A stretch of DNA of 63,328 bases, filler included, from Guillardia theta CCMP2712 (Eukaryota; Protista; Cryptophyta), in NCBI RefSeq assembly GCF_000315625.1. It is 6 parts of 6 records of this genome, joined end to end, with 100 filler letters (N's around TTAATTAATTAA, not from the genome) between each part and the next. Parts side by side here need not be neighbours in the genome. Positions count along the whole stretch, not along the records: positions 25,976 to 39,518 come from NW_005434452.1; positions 39,619 to 52,554 come from NW_005434600.1; 4 more parts are not named here. The stretch is one strand, 5' to 3'. Made by a program: the position numbers and the translations under genes. The notes below the pieces were generated by a model, which was given only the letters and a program-made list of their open reading frames with translations, did no database searches and was not told the DNA's origin. Shown here piece by piece: positions 37,714 to 49,600 of this stretch (its first letter is position 1; every line of letters begins with the position of its first letter).

Positions 37714-39120
37714 ATGCCTACTGGTAGACAAGCTGGGACTGAGCTCGTCCAGGTTGCGGGTAGAGGGAGTGGGTTCGAGCAAGTCGCTGCTCAAGAGCCA
37801 GCGAGAGGTCGAGAGGGAGGCGGAAGAGGAGGGGCTTGTCAGGTCAACAGTCACTGTACAGGAACCAGGTGCTCCTTGCTCTTGCTTGACCTGCTCTTAC
37901 ACGACGTTCCTCTCACAGCTCGAAGGCCGATGAGCGAGAACAAGCCGAGCAGGAGGACTGAGGAGAGCGATAAGGAGGAACAAAGCAGTAGCACCAGCAG
38001 CAGCTTCTACCAGTACCTCGACCGCAAGAAACCAAGTTACGTCAGGAAGGTCCTGTACAACAAGCTGCAGCTCTCCAACGCCTCTCTGAGTCGTCAGACG
38101 TCGCCGAGGAAGTTCGAGCAGCACTTCATGGTCGAGCACCTTCCGCTCAAGACTCGAAGCATGCGCAAGGAGGCGAGGGAGATCAAGAGCTGGTTCCAGG
38201 GCCAGTGCAAGATCGTGCTGGGAAAGTACCGTAACTCCAAGCGCGCGAGCATGGGAAGAGATGATGTTGGTCAGGGGGTACAGAGCCTTGTGGATTACGT
38301 GCAGTCAAGCAGAGAGCTGGTGACCGACTCGCTGCGGCGAATGAGCAGGGAGATGTCCCTGGAGTGCTCGGAGCAGGGCGAAGCGCTGAATGTGATCCTC
38401 CTCTTCAACTCCGACGTCTTCTCCTCCATCCTCGCACACCTCGAAAAGATCGTCCAAGACTGCCGCGAGCGAGAACAGGAGAAGATCCGGCGGGTCAGCG
38501 GGCACAGCAGCACTACGCGGGAGGAAGTGATGGTAGACGACGAGGAAAGCGGTGGACATGAGGAGGAGGATGTGAAGGCGCAGGGAGAGCGAGAGGAAGA
38601 GCTGATGTTGGAGTTGATGAGCAGAGAAGAAACGGTCACCAAACTCTCGAACAAGTACGAGAGGACCAAGAAGCTGTGCAGGAAGCTGACGCATCAGCTG
38701 ACGACACTGAGAGACATTTTGAACGATGCTCAAGACGGCTTCAAGACTTGCTCCGACGCTGATTCTGCTAAGATGCTCCTTCACAGCTTCTCCTGGAGCA
38801 GGCGACCTGAGAACCAGCGGCACAAACAGGAGGCGCACAGGCTGGGGTACCGCGATGACCCGCAAGACATCTTGTCGTCTATCACAGCTGAGAAGATCGA
38901 GAGCTGGGAGAGCATGCACGACAGCATCTTCGACAGACTCAACGATGCTGGAGAGAAGCTGGTGCAGCTTGAAGCAAGACTGCAGGTGCACGACGAGAGC
39001 ATGCGCGAACTTGAGCTGGAGAATGCCCAGCTGAAGAAAGCATGCCTCGACCTGGAGATGTCCCTTGAGCGTGAGAAGTCAACCTGCGAGGTGAGAAGTG
39101 GGGATGAAGCGCACGATTGA
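37714..39120 (+). CDS. Hypothetical coiled-coil protein (large exon; true ends uncertain)
   Basis: A 468-codon open frame of non-repetitive, charged helical sequence, with a splice donor near 39091. Confidence 0.6.
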   Translation: MPTGRQAGTELVQVAGRGSGFEQVAAQEPARGREGGGRGGACQVNSHCTGTRCSLLLLDLLLHDVPLTARRPMSENKPSRRTEESDKEEQSSSTSSSFYQYLDRKKPSYVRKVLYNKLQLSNASLSRQTSPRKFEQHFMVEHLPLKTRSMRKEAREIKSWFQGQCKIVLGKYRNSKRASMGRDDVGQGVQSLVDYVQSSRELVTDSLRRMSREMSLECSEQGEALNVILLFNSDVFSSILAHLEKIVQDCREREQEKIRRVSGHSSTTREEVMVDDEESGGHEEEDVKAQGEREEELMLELMSREETVTKLSNKYERTKKLCRKLTHQLTTLRDILNDAQDGFKTCSDADSAKMLLHSFSWSRRPENQRHKQEAHRLGYRDDPQDILSSITAEKIESWESMHDSIFDRLNDAGEKLVQLEARLQVHDESMRELELENAQLKKACLDLEMSLEREKSTCEVRSGDEAHD

Positions 39121-39256
39121 GACGCTCTAGAGCCTCTAACGACGTCAGACGACCAGAACGTTGTGGATGAAGAACTTCAATGACCTTGACGCCGCCGCCG
39201 CCGATGCAGCTGATGGACTTGACGATGATAGAGGAGAAAGGAGGGAGAGGATAGCG

Positions 39257-39307
<51 letters not shown>

Positions 39308-39782
39308 TGTGTATTGGTTGTGTTAGGTGGAGTTGTTGTTGATAATGATGATGATGAGAAGATATATGAAGAGTGAGGTTCTGTATACTACATAGATCTT
39401 TCCATCACCAGCATGTCAATCTGTGTTTTACGCGCGAGTTCATTCGTTCAAGAAAGAAATCTCGTTCAGGAGGAGGAGATGAAAATCCTTTCCGTCGTAA
39501 TCAATCACATCGACACAGNNNNNNNNNNNNNNNNNNNNNNNNNNNNNNNNNNNNNNNNNNNNTTAATTAATTAANNNNNNNNNNNNNNNNNNNNNNNNNN
39601 NNNNNNNNNNNNNNNNNNATCTTCCTTTTCCTTCCCTTTCGATCCTCGCTCCTGCTCCTCGCTCCTCCTCCTCCTCCTGCTCCTCCTCCTCCTCCTCCTC
39701 CTCCTCCTCCTCCCCTCCTCCTCCTCCTCCTCCTCCTCCTCCTCCTCCTTCCATGATGGACTGATAGTGTTTCTGCAGAGTA

Positions 39783-41631
39783 ATGACACCGCTGGCGGGG
39801 GGTCAAGTTTTCAGAGCATCGGTGACTGGGTAAGGGTTGGACAACCTCCTATTTGCCACTTCCTCATTCTCTTTCAGGACGGCAAGAAGCTTTCCTTCCT
39901 TCCCTGCGCTCTTCCAAGTTCGGATGCAGACGTGAGCGCTGCTGGAGGTTGTGCTAGGCTGCTGCTGACTGATCAGGCAGCTCAACCCCGTCGGAGGAGG
40001 CGCAGCAAGTCGACCCTGTTGCAGAGAACTTTTCTCAGTTCCCCGCGACCATCCAGCGCATGCTGAGCTTGGAGAACGCTTGCCAGGTACATGCCCAGCG
40101 CCAGCGTCTCCTCTGCAGTCTGACCTGCGTCCTGAAAGATGGAGAAGAACAAGTTTGCTATCAGAAACGTAGGACACTCTGTCCTGCCGTTGGGTCCGGT
40201 GACGTTCTACCAGGCAATCAAGGACTACCGACTGCACGAGTCTGACACGGGCAGCCCTGAGGTCCAGGTAGACAATCCCTGCTTCTTCTTCTTTTTCTGC
40301 TTCTTCTGCTTCTGCTTCTTCTTCTTCTTCTGCTTCTGCTTCTGCTTCTGCTGCTCCTGCGTCTGCTGCTGCTTCTGCTTCTACTGCTGCTGCTGCTTCT
40401 GCTGCTGCTGCTGCTGCTTCTGCTTCTGCTTCTGCTGCTGCAGCTGAGGCTTCTGATAGGTCGCGATCCTGACTGAGAGGATCAAATACTTAACCTCGCA
40501 CGTGCAAGTAAGAGGCGACGTTCAATCTCTTTCGCCTCTCCCTCCTCCTTTCCCTCTCCTCCCCCTTTTGCTCGACCGCACCCTTCTTGTTCTGGCCCTC
40601 CCCCTCCTCTCCCTCCTCCCCTTTGTTCTTCCTCGCCCTCCTTCAGATACTCCCATAATTCCCTCCCTTGATCTCCTCTCTCATTTTTCATTCGCCTTCT
40701 CCCCTCTCTGCTCGCCATCCTCCTCTCCCTTCTCTCCTTCCTCTCCCTCTCCCTCTCCCTCCTCCTCTCCCTCCTCCATGCTCACTTCCTCCCTTCTCCT
40801 CCTCCAGGTGCACCGCAAGGACAAGCACAATGCCAGAGGCCTCACTCAGATGGTCAACGACCGCAAGTCTCTGCTCAAGTACCTCAGGAGGGAGAGCGAA
40901 GAAAGGTACGAGCCCTCCCTCCTCCTCCTCCTCCTCCTCCTCCTCCTCCTCCTCCTCCTCNNNNNNNNNNNNNNNNNNNNNNNNNNNNNNNNNNNNNNNN
41001 NNNNNNNNNNNNNNNNNNNNNNNNNNNNNNNNNNNNNNNNNNNNNNNNNNNNNNNNNNNNTCTCCTCCTCTCTCTTGCTGCACTTTCTCGTTCCTTCTGA
41101 TTCCCTCCTCCTCCTCCTCCCTCACGCCTCCTGTAGGTATCGCGCACTCATCACCCGCCTGGGGATTCGCGATGCTATCAACCTGAACCCGCAAAGAGTC
41201 TTCCTGCCCACCGACATCGCCAAGAAAGCGGCGGAGAGAGTGAGCAGGAGGAGGGGGAGAGAACGAGGAGAGGAGAGGAGGGGACGAAGATGGGGAGAGG
41301 AGGGGAGGAAGATGGGGAGATGAGTGGAGTGGAGGAGAGAGAGTGCAGGAGAGGGAAAGGGGGGGAAGGAGAGAGGAAGGTAAAAGTTTGAAAGGAAGGC
41401 AAAGGGAGAAAGTGATGAAGGTTACGAGGGAATGGAGAGCAGGGAAGATACGAGAGGAGAGTGGAGGAGGTGGAGGAGAGGAGAGAAGAAAAGAGAAGAG
41501 TAGGAGCAAGCAGGGAGATGTCTTGACCTGCTGTTCAGGTTCGCAGAAAGCTGGATTTGGCCAAGGCAAAGGTGGTGGCTGCTGCTGGTGGTGGTGCTGT
41601 GTCGAAAAAGAAGAGGAAGGGAAGGAAGTAG
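39783..41631 (+). CDS. MRPS15: Ribosomal protein uS15, probably mitochondrial
   Basis: Spliced [98 protein letters not shown]. The LSLEN extension and R/S-rich leader suggest the mitochondrial type. Start uncertain; TAG at 41629-41631. Confidence 0.85.
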
Positions 41632-41854
41632 AGGGAGGAGGATGGTGGGCTGGTGGTTCTAGAGGCTCAAAGTGGGGTCCTTGCTTGTTGGTTGTAAATC
41701 TTACTCTTCGATAGACCTCCTCCTCCTCCTGCTCCTCCTCCTCCTCCTCCTGCTCCTGCTCCTCCTCCTCCTCCTCCTCCTTGTCCTCCTCCTCCTTGTC
41801 CTTGTCCTTGTCCTTGTCCTTGTCCTTGTCCTCTTCCCTCCATCCGCCATCGCC

Positions 41855-42761
41855 CTACCTCCCAACTTCCTCCTCCCTTCCCGCTCTACCCTCCTCCCTC
41901 CTTCCTCCTTCCTCATCCTGCATAAGGTAACTGAACGGATTGTCCTCCGGATCTTTCTCTGCATGCCAAGCAATCAGTCTGATTTTACCTCCTCCTCCTC
42001 CTCCTCCTCCTCCTTGTCCCGCCCGCCCGCCCCCTCCCCTCTTCCCCCTCCCTCTCACTCGTCCTCGTTCTCGTCCTCGTCCTCGTCCTCGTCCTCATCA
42101 TCTTCTCACCTCCGTCCTGCATCAGCGCCTTGTTGAGGATCCTCTCAACCTGTTGTAAGGTGAGAGCGGAATGCACGATGGGAAGAGGAGGAGGAGGAGC
42201 AACAGGAAAGAGGTGGAGGAGGTAGAGAGGGAGGAGGGAGGAGGTAGAGAAGGAGGGGGGAAGGAGGGAAAAGGTGGAGAGGGAAGAGGTAGAGAGGGAG
42301 GAGGGAGGGTTGTGAGGGAGGAGCGAGGAGGGAGGAGCGAGGAGGGAGGAGCGAGGAGGATATAGAGTTGTCCTTGATAAGACTTCACCTCCTCCTTCTG
42401 CAGGTTTACCCCTATCAGCACAACTTCCGTCTCAGGCTGCCTCCTGCTCTTGCTTGTCCCTTCCCCCTCTTCCTCTTTCCCCTCCCTCTGCTCCCGTCCT
42501 CCTCCCGTCTCCTCCTCCCCATCTCCTCCTTTCCTCATGTTCGCATCGTCCACCCTCTCCCTCCCTTCTTCGCTCCCTGCAACAACAAGAAGTCATATTC
42601 CTCTCGTCTATCCCTGCTCCTCTTGCTCCTCCTCCTCGCTAGTTTCTTTCCCCATTCTTCTCCTCCTTCCTCCCTTATTGCGTCTTCCTGCTCCCTCCTG
42701 TTCCTCCTGTTCCTTCCCTCCCTCTGTTGTCCTCGTCCTCGTCCTCATTCTCTTCCCTCTC

Positions 42762-42821
<60 letters not shown>

Positions 42822-43474
42822 CCCTTACCCTCTTCAGCAGCTTCGACGTCCTGACATCTGCCGGCTACCCTCGGGGTAGAGTGAGGGCCCGCAGAAGACC
42901 ACTCAAGGAGGAGCTGCCGGATAGTCAGGAGAGGAGGAGGAGGAGGAGGAGAAACGACGAGGGAGGAGGAGGAGGACGACGAGGGAGAAGCAGGAGGAGC
43001 AGGATGACGACAACGAGAGAGGAGAAGGAGAAGGGAATTCAGGATCGAAAAGAAAGAGAAAGGGGAAGAGAGGAAAGGAGGAGGAGGAAGGACAGAGGAG
43101 GGAGGTTGTCGCTTAGGAAGTATGGGAGGTGAAGGGAAGGGGTTTTGGAGGAGAAGAGGACAAGAAACAAGAGGGGGCGCAGGAGGCCAAGGAGTGAAGG
43201 ATCGAACAAGGTGAGGGAAAGTAGCGGAGGAGAGAAGTGAAGGGGGAAGGGAGGGAAGTGAAGTGGAGGGGAGGGAGGAAGGAAGGGAGGGAGGGAGGGA
43301 GAAAGGGAGACAGATTACGACCTTCCAAGTCTTGCATCATGAAACTTTGTGCAACCTGTTCGTTTCATCACTCCAAGTAGGAGGAGCGAGACAGTGGACA
43401 GCAAAGAGACGGCAAGTCACCGGGAGAGGTTCGGAGATGCCGGTGCTCTCGATGAGGAGGTATTGAAAGCGATT
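41855..43474 (-). pseudogene. Fragmentary COG0523 (CobW/ZigA/YciC-type) metallochaperone GTPase
   Basis: Exons NRFQYLLIESTGISEPLP-VAQSFMMQDLEG (Walker B region) and LLEWSSAG.., ETEVVLIGVNL, DNPF (CobW_C tail) are present. No P-loop, CxCC or NKxD exons are visible, and there is no gap to hide them. Confidence 0.65.
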
Positions 43475-44112
43475 CTGCACAGAACTTCATCAGCGCTTTG
43501 AGGGAAACGAGTTTGAGCTGTTGGTCATGGAAGAGCGATGAGAAACATGTGTCGAAGCAGTCTCGATCTCATCTTCAACTGCATCTGATGTGATGTGATG
43601 TGATGTGATGTGATGTGATGTGATCTGATCTGATCTGATCTGATCTGATCTGTTCTCTACCCTCTGCTCTGAACCACCCTGCTCTCTTCGCCCCTCCATT
43701 TCCTACCTTGTATCACATCTCCCCCTTCATCAATGTCCTAGCTTCTCTCTGAGGCGGAGTGGTTTTGGTCTATAATCAAATTTTATTTGTATTGCCGTGG
43801 TACCGCGATTGCAAGTGAGTAAAAGCTTCGGGTCAAAAGTGGTCTCTAGTTACTACCAGTGGTGACCTCCAGCTGTTGATAATACCTCCTATTTCAGAGT
43901 GAGCTTCTACAGGGGTGGGGGCCATCAGGTTGCGGTTGGTAGGGGTAGTCGCTACCGCTACCAGGGGATGCCCGAGGCGAGGTGCGAAGGAATGGATTCT
44001 TTCTTATGCGGTACTATGGTAGAAAGCTCAACTCGGTGACCCACGTGAAGGGTATACGGTGGGTGACTGGATGCCGTGGCTCCTCCAGCTGGACAGAGTA
44101 GACAGGTTCCCT

Positions 44113-46617
44113 ATGGCTAGTGCAATGAACGTAGGGCGCTTGCTGCTAGCAGTAATATCGGTCTTGCTGTGCACTTCACCTACTTGTGATGCGAGATTGA
44201 GCAAGGAAGATTTCGAACACGGCTTCAGGCAAGGAGGAAAGCATTCTTTTGCTGCAAAAAATCTTCCAGGCAGACCGTTGATGATACACAATCCTGATAC
44301 TGTGTTGCTGCACCATACACAAGATAGGACGCACGCAAAGCTCCAAACCCGATTCAGAGAAGATCCATTGATTGTTCAGAGACAGTCTGACTTGGAGAAG
44401 TCCAGTAAAAGTCACTATCTTGTCCGAGTGAAATATCCAGCTCCTCCAGACATGCTCTCTCTGTTGAAGGCTACCAGCGGCGATAATTATGTGCAGTACA
44501 TTCCCTATGACACCTATGTGGTCGCGATGGAACCCTCGAAAAAAGTTCGTGTTGAAAATATGAAGAATGTTGAGACAATCTTCCATCTCCCGTCAACCAT
44601 GAAGATATCAAATGACTTGCAAGAGTACATCACTTTGTCGATGAAGTCTCTTTCAGCCAAACAGCCCGAAATAGTCATCAACAACAACCCTCAACATCCT
44701 GAGAAACGAGGTACTCTGGATAACAGTCACAAAAAGAATCCACAAAAGAATTTCCAAAATTCCCATGATGAACAAGACAACGTGAAAAATGCGCCATCAT
44801 GTTCTGACGAGAGCGTCTTTCTTGAGGCAGCCATATCAGTTCACCCTGATCACTTGTCCTTGGCCAACTTGCTGCAAATGTTGGACCAAGCTTTTAGCAA
44901 AACTTCGGGCAAGATTGCTCAAGTCTGGGCAAGGACAAGCAGCAAGCTGACGATTGAAACTAATGCGCAAAACGTTGGAAAGATTGTTGAGCATCTAGCC
45001 AATCAAGCATCAGTGAAATGGATCGAAAAACGAAAAGAATACCGCACATTGAACAAGTACTCTTCTTTGATTGTGCAAGGTGTCTACAACTGGCAGCCAA
45101 GTAAAACTAAATTGGAACAACTTGGTTTGGATGGAACTGGACAGCGCATAGGCATCGCAGACACGGGCATTGATTTTGATTCTTGCTTTTTCCACGATTC
45201 CCACATTGCATTTTCAGTTTGTCAAGATTGTTACTATTATGGTTATTCGTGCGTCCAAATGTGTCCGGTTCAACCAAATCATCGAAAAATTGTCTCCTAC
45301 AACTCGTTTCCCCCCCCTCCACCCTACCCATCAGCTTACGACTGGTATCAGGGCCACGGTACGCACGTGTCGGGTATTGTCGCTGGGGCGGCTGGTCCCA
45401 ACTATATTCTTGCAACGCAGTACAACGGATCAGCTCCAGGAGCGAAGATTGTATTCGATGATATTTCAAATACTGAGCCCTACCTCAACTACCTGCCCTG
45501 GGATCTCAACAACAGCCTCTATCCTCATGCGTATGGTAATGGTGCCAGGATTCATTCAAACTCGTGGGGTCGCAAGTACAGCCGCAGTTACGACTTTCAG
45601 TGCGTGGAAACAGATTCATTCATGTACGACCATGATGACTTCTTGGTTGTCTTTGCTGCAGGAAACAGTGGTCCCTACCCCTTCTCCATCGGCAGCCCAG
45701 GTGTCGCCAAGAACGTTCTGTCAGTAGGATCAAGCCTGAACTCTCGTGAGGCATACATGGCGCATGGATATGGCCTGTACTTCAACCTCTCCTTGCTGCT
45801 CTCTGACGGTTCTAACGAGCTGCTTGTTGACATTTTGCCAGCCTCGTTTGGAGCCGCATTGACTCCTCACACACCTGGAATCAATGCCTCGTTGCTTGGT
45901 CAACGTTTCTACAGTTTTTGCAATCGTCATGATCCACAGTGCATGGATATCCAGTCGTTCTTGTGTTGGCCTGTTTCAAACTCCAACTTGACTTTTTCGA
46001 AGCAAACTTCAGCAGCTGCTGCAATCTCTGCGAGCTGGTCAGAAGCTCAGAGAGTTGAAATTCTTACAGACATTCAATCAAGCGTTCAGTACCATGGGTA
46101 CCAGTCGTGTTATGTTGACCCTTACATGTCGGTAACGGAATGTACACATTCGATGTACGTCAATAGGACGTCCAGACGAGATTTCGAGCTGATGATTCAA
46201 GTGCCCTTGCAGTATTCGGTTGGCTCTGGCTACGTCACCAACGTCAAGGGCATCACAGTCGCTGGGGAATATGTTCCAAACGATTTCAGTTTGCAAGGCA
46301 ATCAAGGGTGCGGACAGAGCATCAGCACGACATACAAGTTACCGTCTCAAGTTTCAGGGACGATTGAAGTTGTGGTGCACTATGACCCGAATATGATGTA
46401 CATGTATCCATGTCAGAGGTCTGGCGCCACTTTTAAGCTCCTTTCACATGCTACCTCCTCATGGAGCATTTTGTATGATTCCCCCATCATTGTGGGGGGA
46501 GGGGAAGTAGGTGGTGGTGGTGGTGGTGGTGGTGGAGGAGGAGGAGGAGATCTTCCTATCGTGTTTGGAGAAGGAAATGTTTCTGCTCCTGCTCCCCCCC
46601 CTGCTCCTGCTCCCCCC

Positions 46618-46662
<45 letters not shown>

Positions 46663-49600
46663 TCTCCTGCTCCTGCTCCTGCTCCTCCTCTTCCTCCTCG
46701 TCCAATTCCTCTTCCTCCTTCTGTTCACTACTATTCGCAGATATTGATTGCGTTAAATACTGACTTCGACTTCTGCGTTTTCGGAGAAAATGCAAGAAAT
46801 CGTACGTTTCTGACAGGAAACTCTATAACATTTGGTTATACCAACTACACGTTGTCTTCACAACAATTCAAATTCAACCATGAGTATTGGGCATATCCAG
46901 TATTTATGGCAGGGAAGAAAGTACAGGAAAATGGTATTGAAGGATACACCATCTACATAAAAAGCTATGACATGCAAAACGCACGGGAACAAGAATCGCA
47001 AGTCACACTGTACGCGAATAACACTATTACCTTCACCACCTTCAGTTCTGGAAGCAACATTTACAACTCATTCTCATTTTTCATTGGTCAATTTAGAATC
47101 TACAAGGACCAAATTCAAACCAACAAAACGGCAACTTTGACCGGATTCTCCAATCCTGCGAGCGAATATTTTCGTAATGTTTTCAAGGGCAACATGGTTG
47201 CTTCTCCTTTCATGGGCTATTGCGATGAAGTTCTCATGGCCTGGAATGCACAACAGATGGGAGCTTCAGCGCTGATTGTGTATGAGTCTTCGATTCTAAA
47301 ACCGCCACCTTTGTTGAAGGGAACAGGAGGACCAAACGAGTACTTGAAAAATCAGATTGAAATACCTGTCGCAGGCATCTCCGGTTTCGACGCAACAAAA
47401 CTTGTTTCAATCTGGTATCAAGGATCCTGCTCTTCAGAATATGGTCTCTCTTGTCTTTACGCGACGAAGCAGGCAAAGTTGCCAGTGGTCAGCAATGTTC
47501 GTTCAGGACAAGAATACAAGCATACGGATCTTTCGATCTTCTCATCGCGTGGGCCAACTTTCGATCTTAGAAACAAGCCTGACATTATCGCTCCTGGTCA
47601 AAATATCTTCTCTGCCTCTTCAGACGGGATTCGCAACAGCTACCAATGCGCGAACTCGATCGGGCTCAACAAAAGTTGCATCCTGGAAATGAGCGGCACT
47701 TCTATGGCAACTCCAGCTGTTGCTGGAGCAGCAGCCATTGTCAGACAGTACTTCGAGCAGGGATATCAGGTCTCGGGCGAACGATCAGACGACAAGTCTG
47801 CCAATCCTTCCTCTGCACTTGTGAAAGCAATGATCATTCAAAGCAGCAAGCCCCTGCGGAGTTTTGTTGTGAATGGATCCAAGATGGTGAAGGATGGGTT
47901 GTGGGGATATCTCATGACCTTTCAGGGCTCCGACATGTCATGGCAAGAGTCGACTGAAAGCCCTTCTCCCGAGCAAGGATACGGGCTTCTTGACTTGTCG
48001 TCAGTGTTGTGGTTTGGACCAGACTCGAACTTCGTGTTGAAGACTTACGATCGAGTTGAGCTGTCTCAAGATCAAGTTATACAGCACTGCTTTGCTATAT
48101 CTGGCGGAATCAGTTTCGTGCGACTCTCGTTTGGACAGATCCACCTGGGTCGATGTATGCTTCCAAATCATTGATCAGTGACCTTGACCTGTTCGTGGTC
48201 GATGTCAACGGCAGCACGCATTACGGTAACCACCGGACAGCCACCAGCATGGATCGAGTCAACAACGTCGAGCAGATTACAGTCAAAGATGCTTCAGCGG
48301 GGACGTACAGGGTTGCTGTTTCTGCTTACGATTTGCCTCAGGGCCCTCAAAAATTTGCACTGGTTGTAACAGGATCCATCACCTCAGAGCCAACTTGCGA
48401 GTCATTGCCGTCCTGTCCGAATGATTGCTCAGGTCATGGCATTTGTAGAGCTCCTTTTTGCGACTGTCAAGCGGGATACTTGTCGATAGATTGTAGTCAC
48501 AACCTCCGATGTGGAGATGGAATTTTATCAGTTCAGGAGGAGTGCGATGATGGCAACTCAGTCTCTGGCGATGGCTGCTCGTCCGACTGTCAGGTGGAGC
48601 AAGGCTGGAAATGCGACCAAGAATTGTGGCCAAAAGAGAAGTCCGTCTGTCTCAAGTGTGCGTGTGGATGTATCAGATATCATGAAAACTCTGGCATCGT
48701 GAATGTGACCCATTCTGATTATGTGAACATGTACTACAGGTACCATGGACGATGTGTGTATGACATCGAGCCAAAAGATTTGGGTCCACTTCAAGTATCA
48801 TTTCCTGACATTCAGAGCAATGCTTATCTCAATGTAGAAGTTCACACATGCGCAAACTCCGAATGTAGTCAGTGGAGCTACAACGGTTGGATATCAGGAA
48901 CATCCATGAACTTGTGGTTGCCAGATGCTCAGATATACCATGCTGCCTTCAGAGTCAACGTGTCGAAGATGAGGATTTCATCTTACGATTCTTTCTTGCT
49001 CAAATATGGGCCTGTCGTCCATGACGTCTGCGGCGATGGAATCCAAGAGGCTTTGGAGGCTTGCGACGACGGAAACTTGATCGATGGGGATGGGTGCTCT
49101 TCCAAGTGTAAGAAAGAATGCATAGCAGCAAACTGCTGCTATTTCCAGATGTCCGCCCTCGAGATCTTTGCCAAGAGATACGAGGACGAAGTAGCTCCTG
49201 GCGCCACATGTGCCTCGTTTGAGATCAACGACAACAATAACGTCATGGGGGACATGGAGCTCGCTGTCGTCCCAACACATATGTACCCAACTGTCTGCGC
49301 ACAGTCTCAAGTTGACAGCTCTTCACCTACAAGCGTTGTTTTCAACGGATCGTCAACAGGTAGTCAGTACGACTCTGCTTCTGAGACCATCCAGGGTCAT
49401 TGGAACATGCTCTATCCCACTTCTCTATCCAGTGGGATGCAGAGCATGTATGACAGTTACTTGTTGATCCCTGACTTCGGCTTTGACTTCTGTCTTGAGG
49501 GGCAGAATGTGCGGAATCGTTCTTTCGTGAGCTCGAACTCCTACATCTCTTTCTACAACGGCTTCTCCGTCTACTCTGGTCTCTCTCCTTCCTGGCCTTC

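Noticed and set aside
39783-41631. uS15 as the plastid copy
   Set aside because: No signal peptide plus Phe motif seen, and the LSLEN extension fits the mitochondrial type; the start is uncertain, so not fully excluded.
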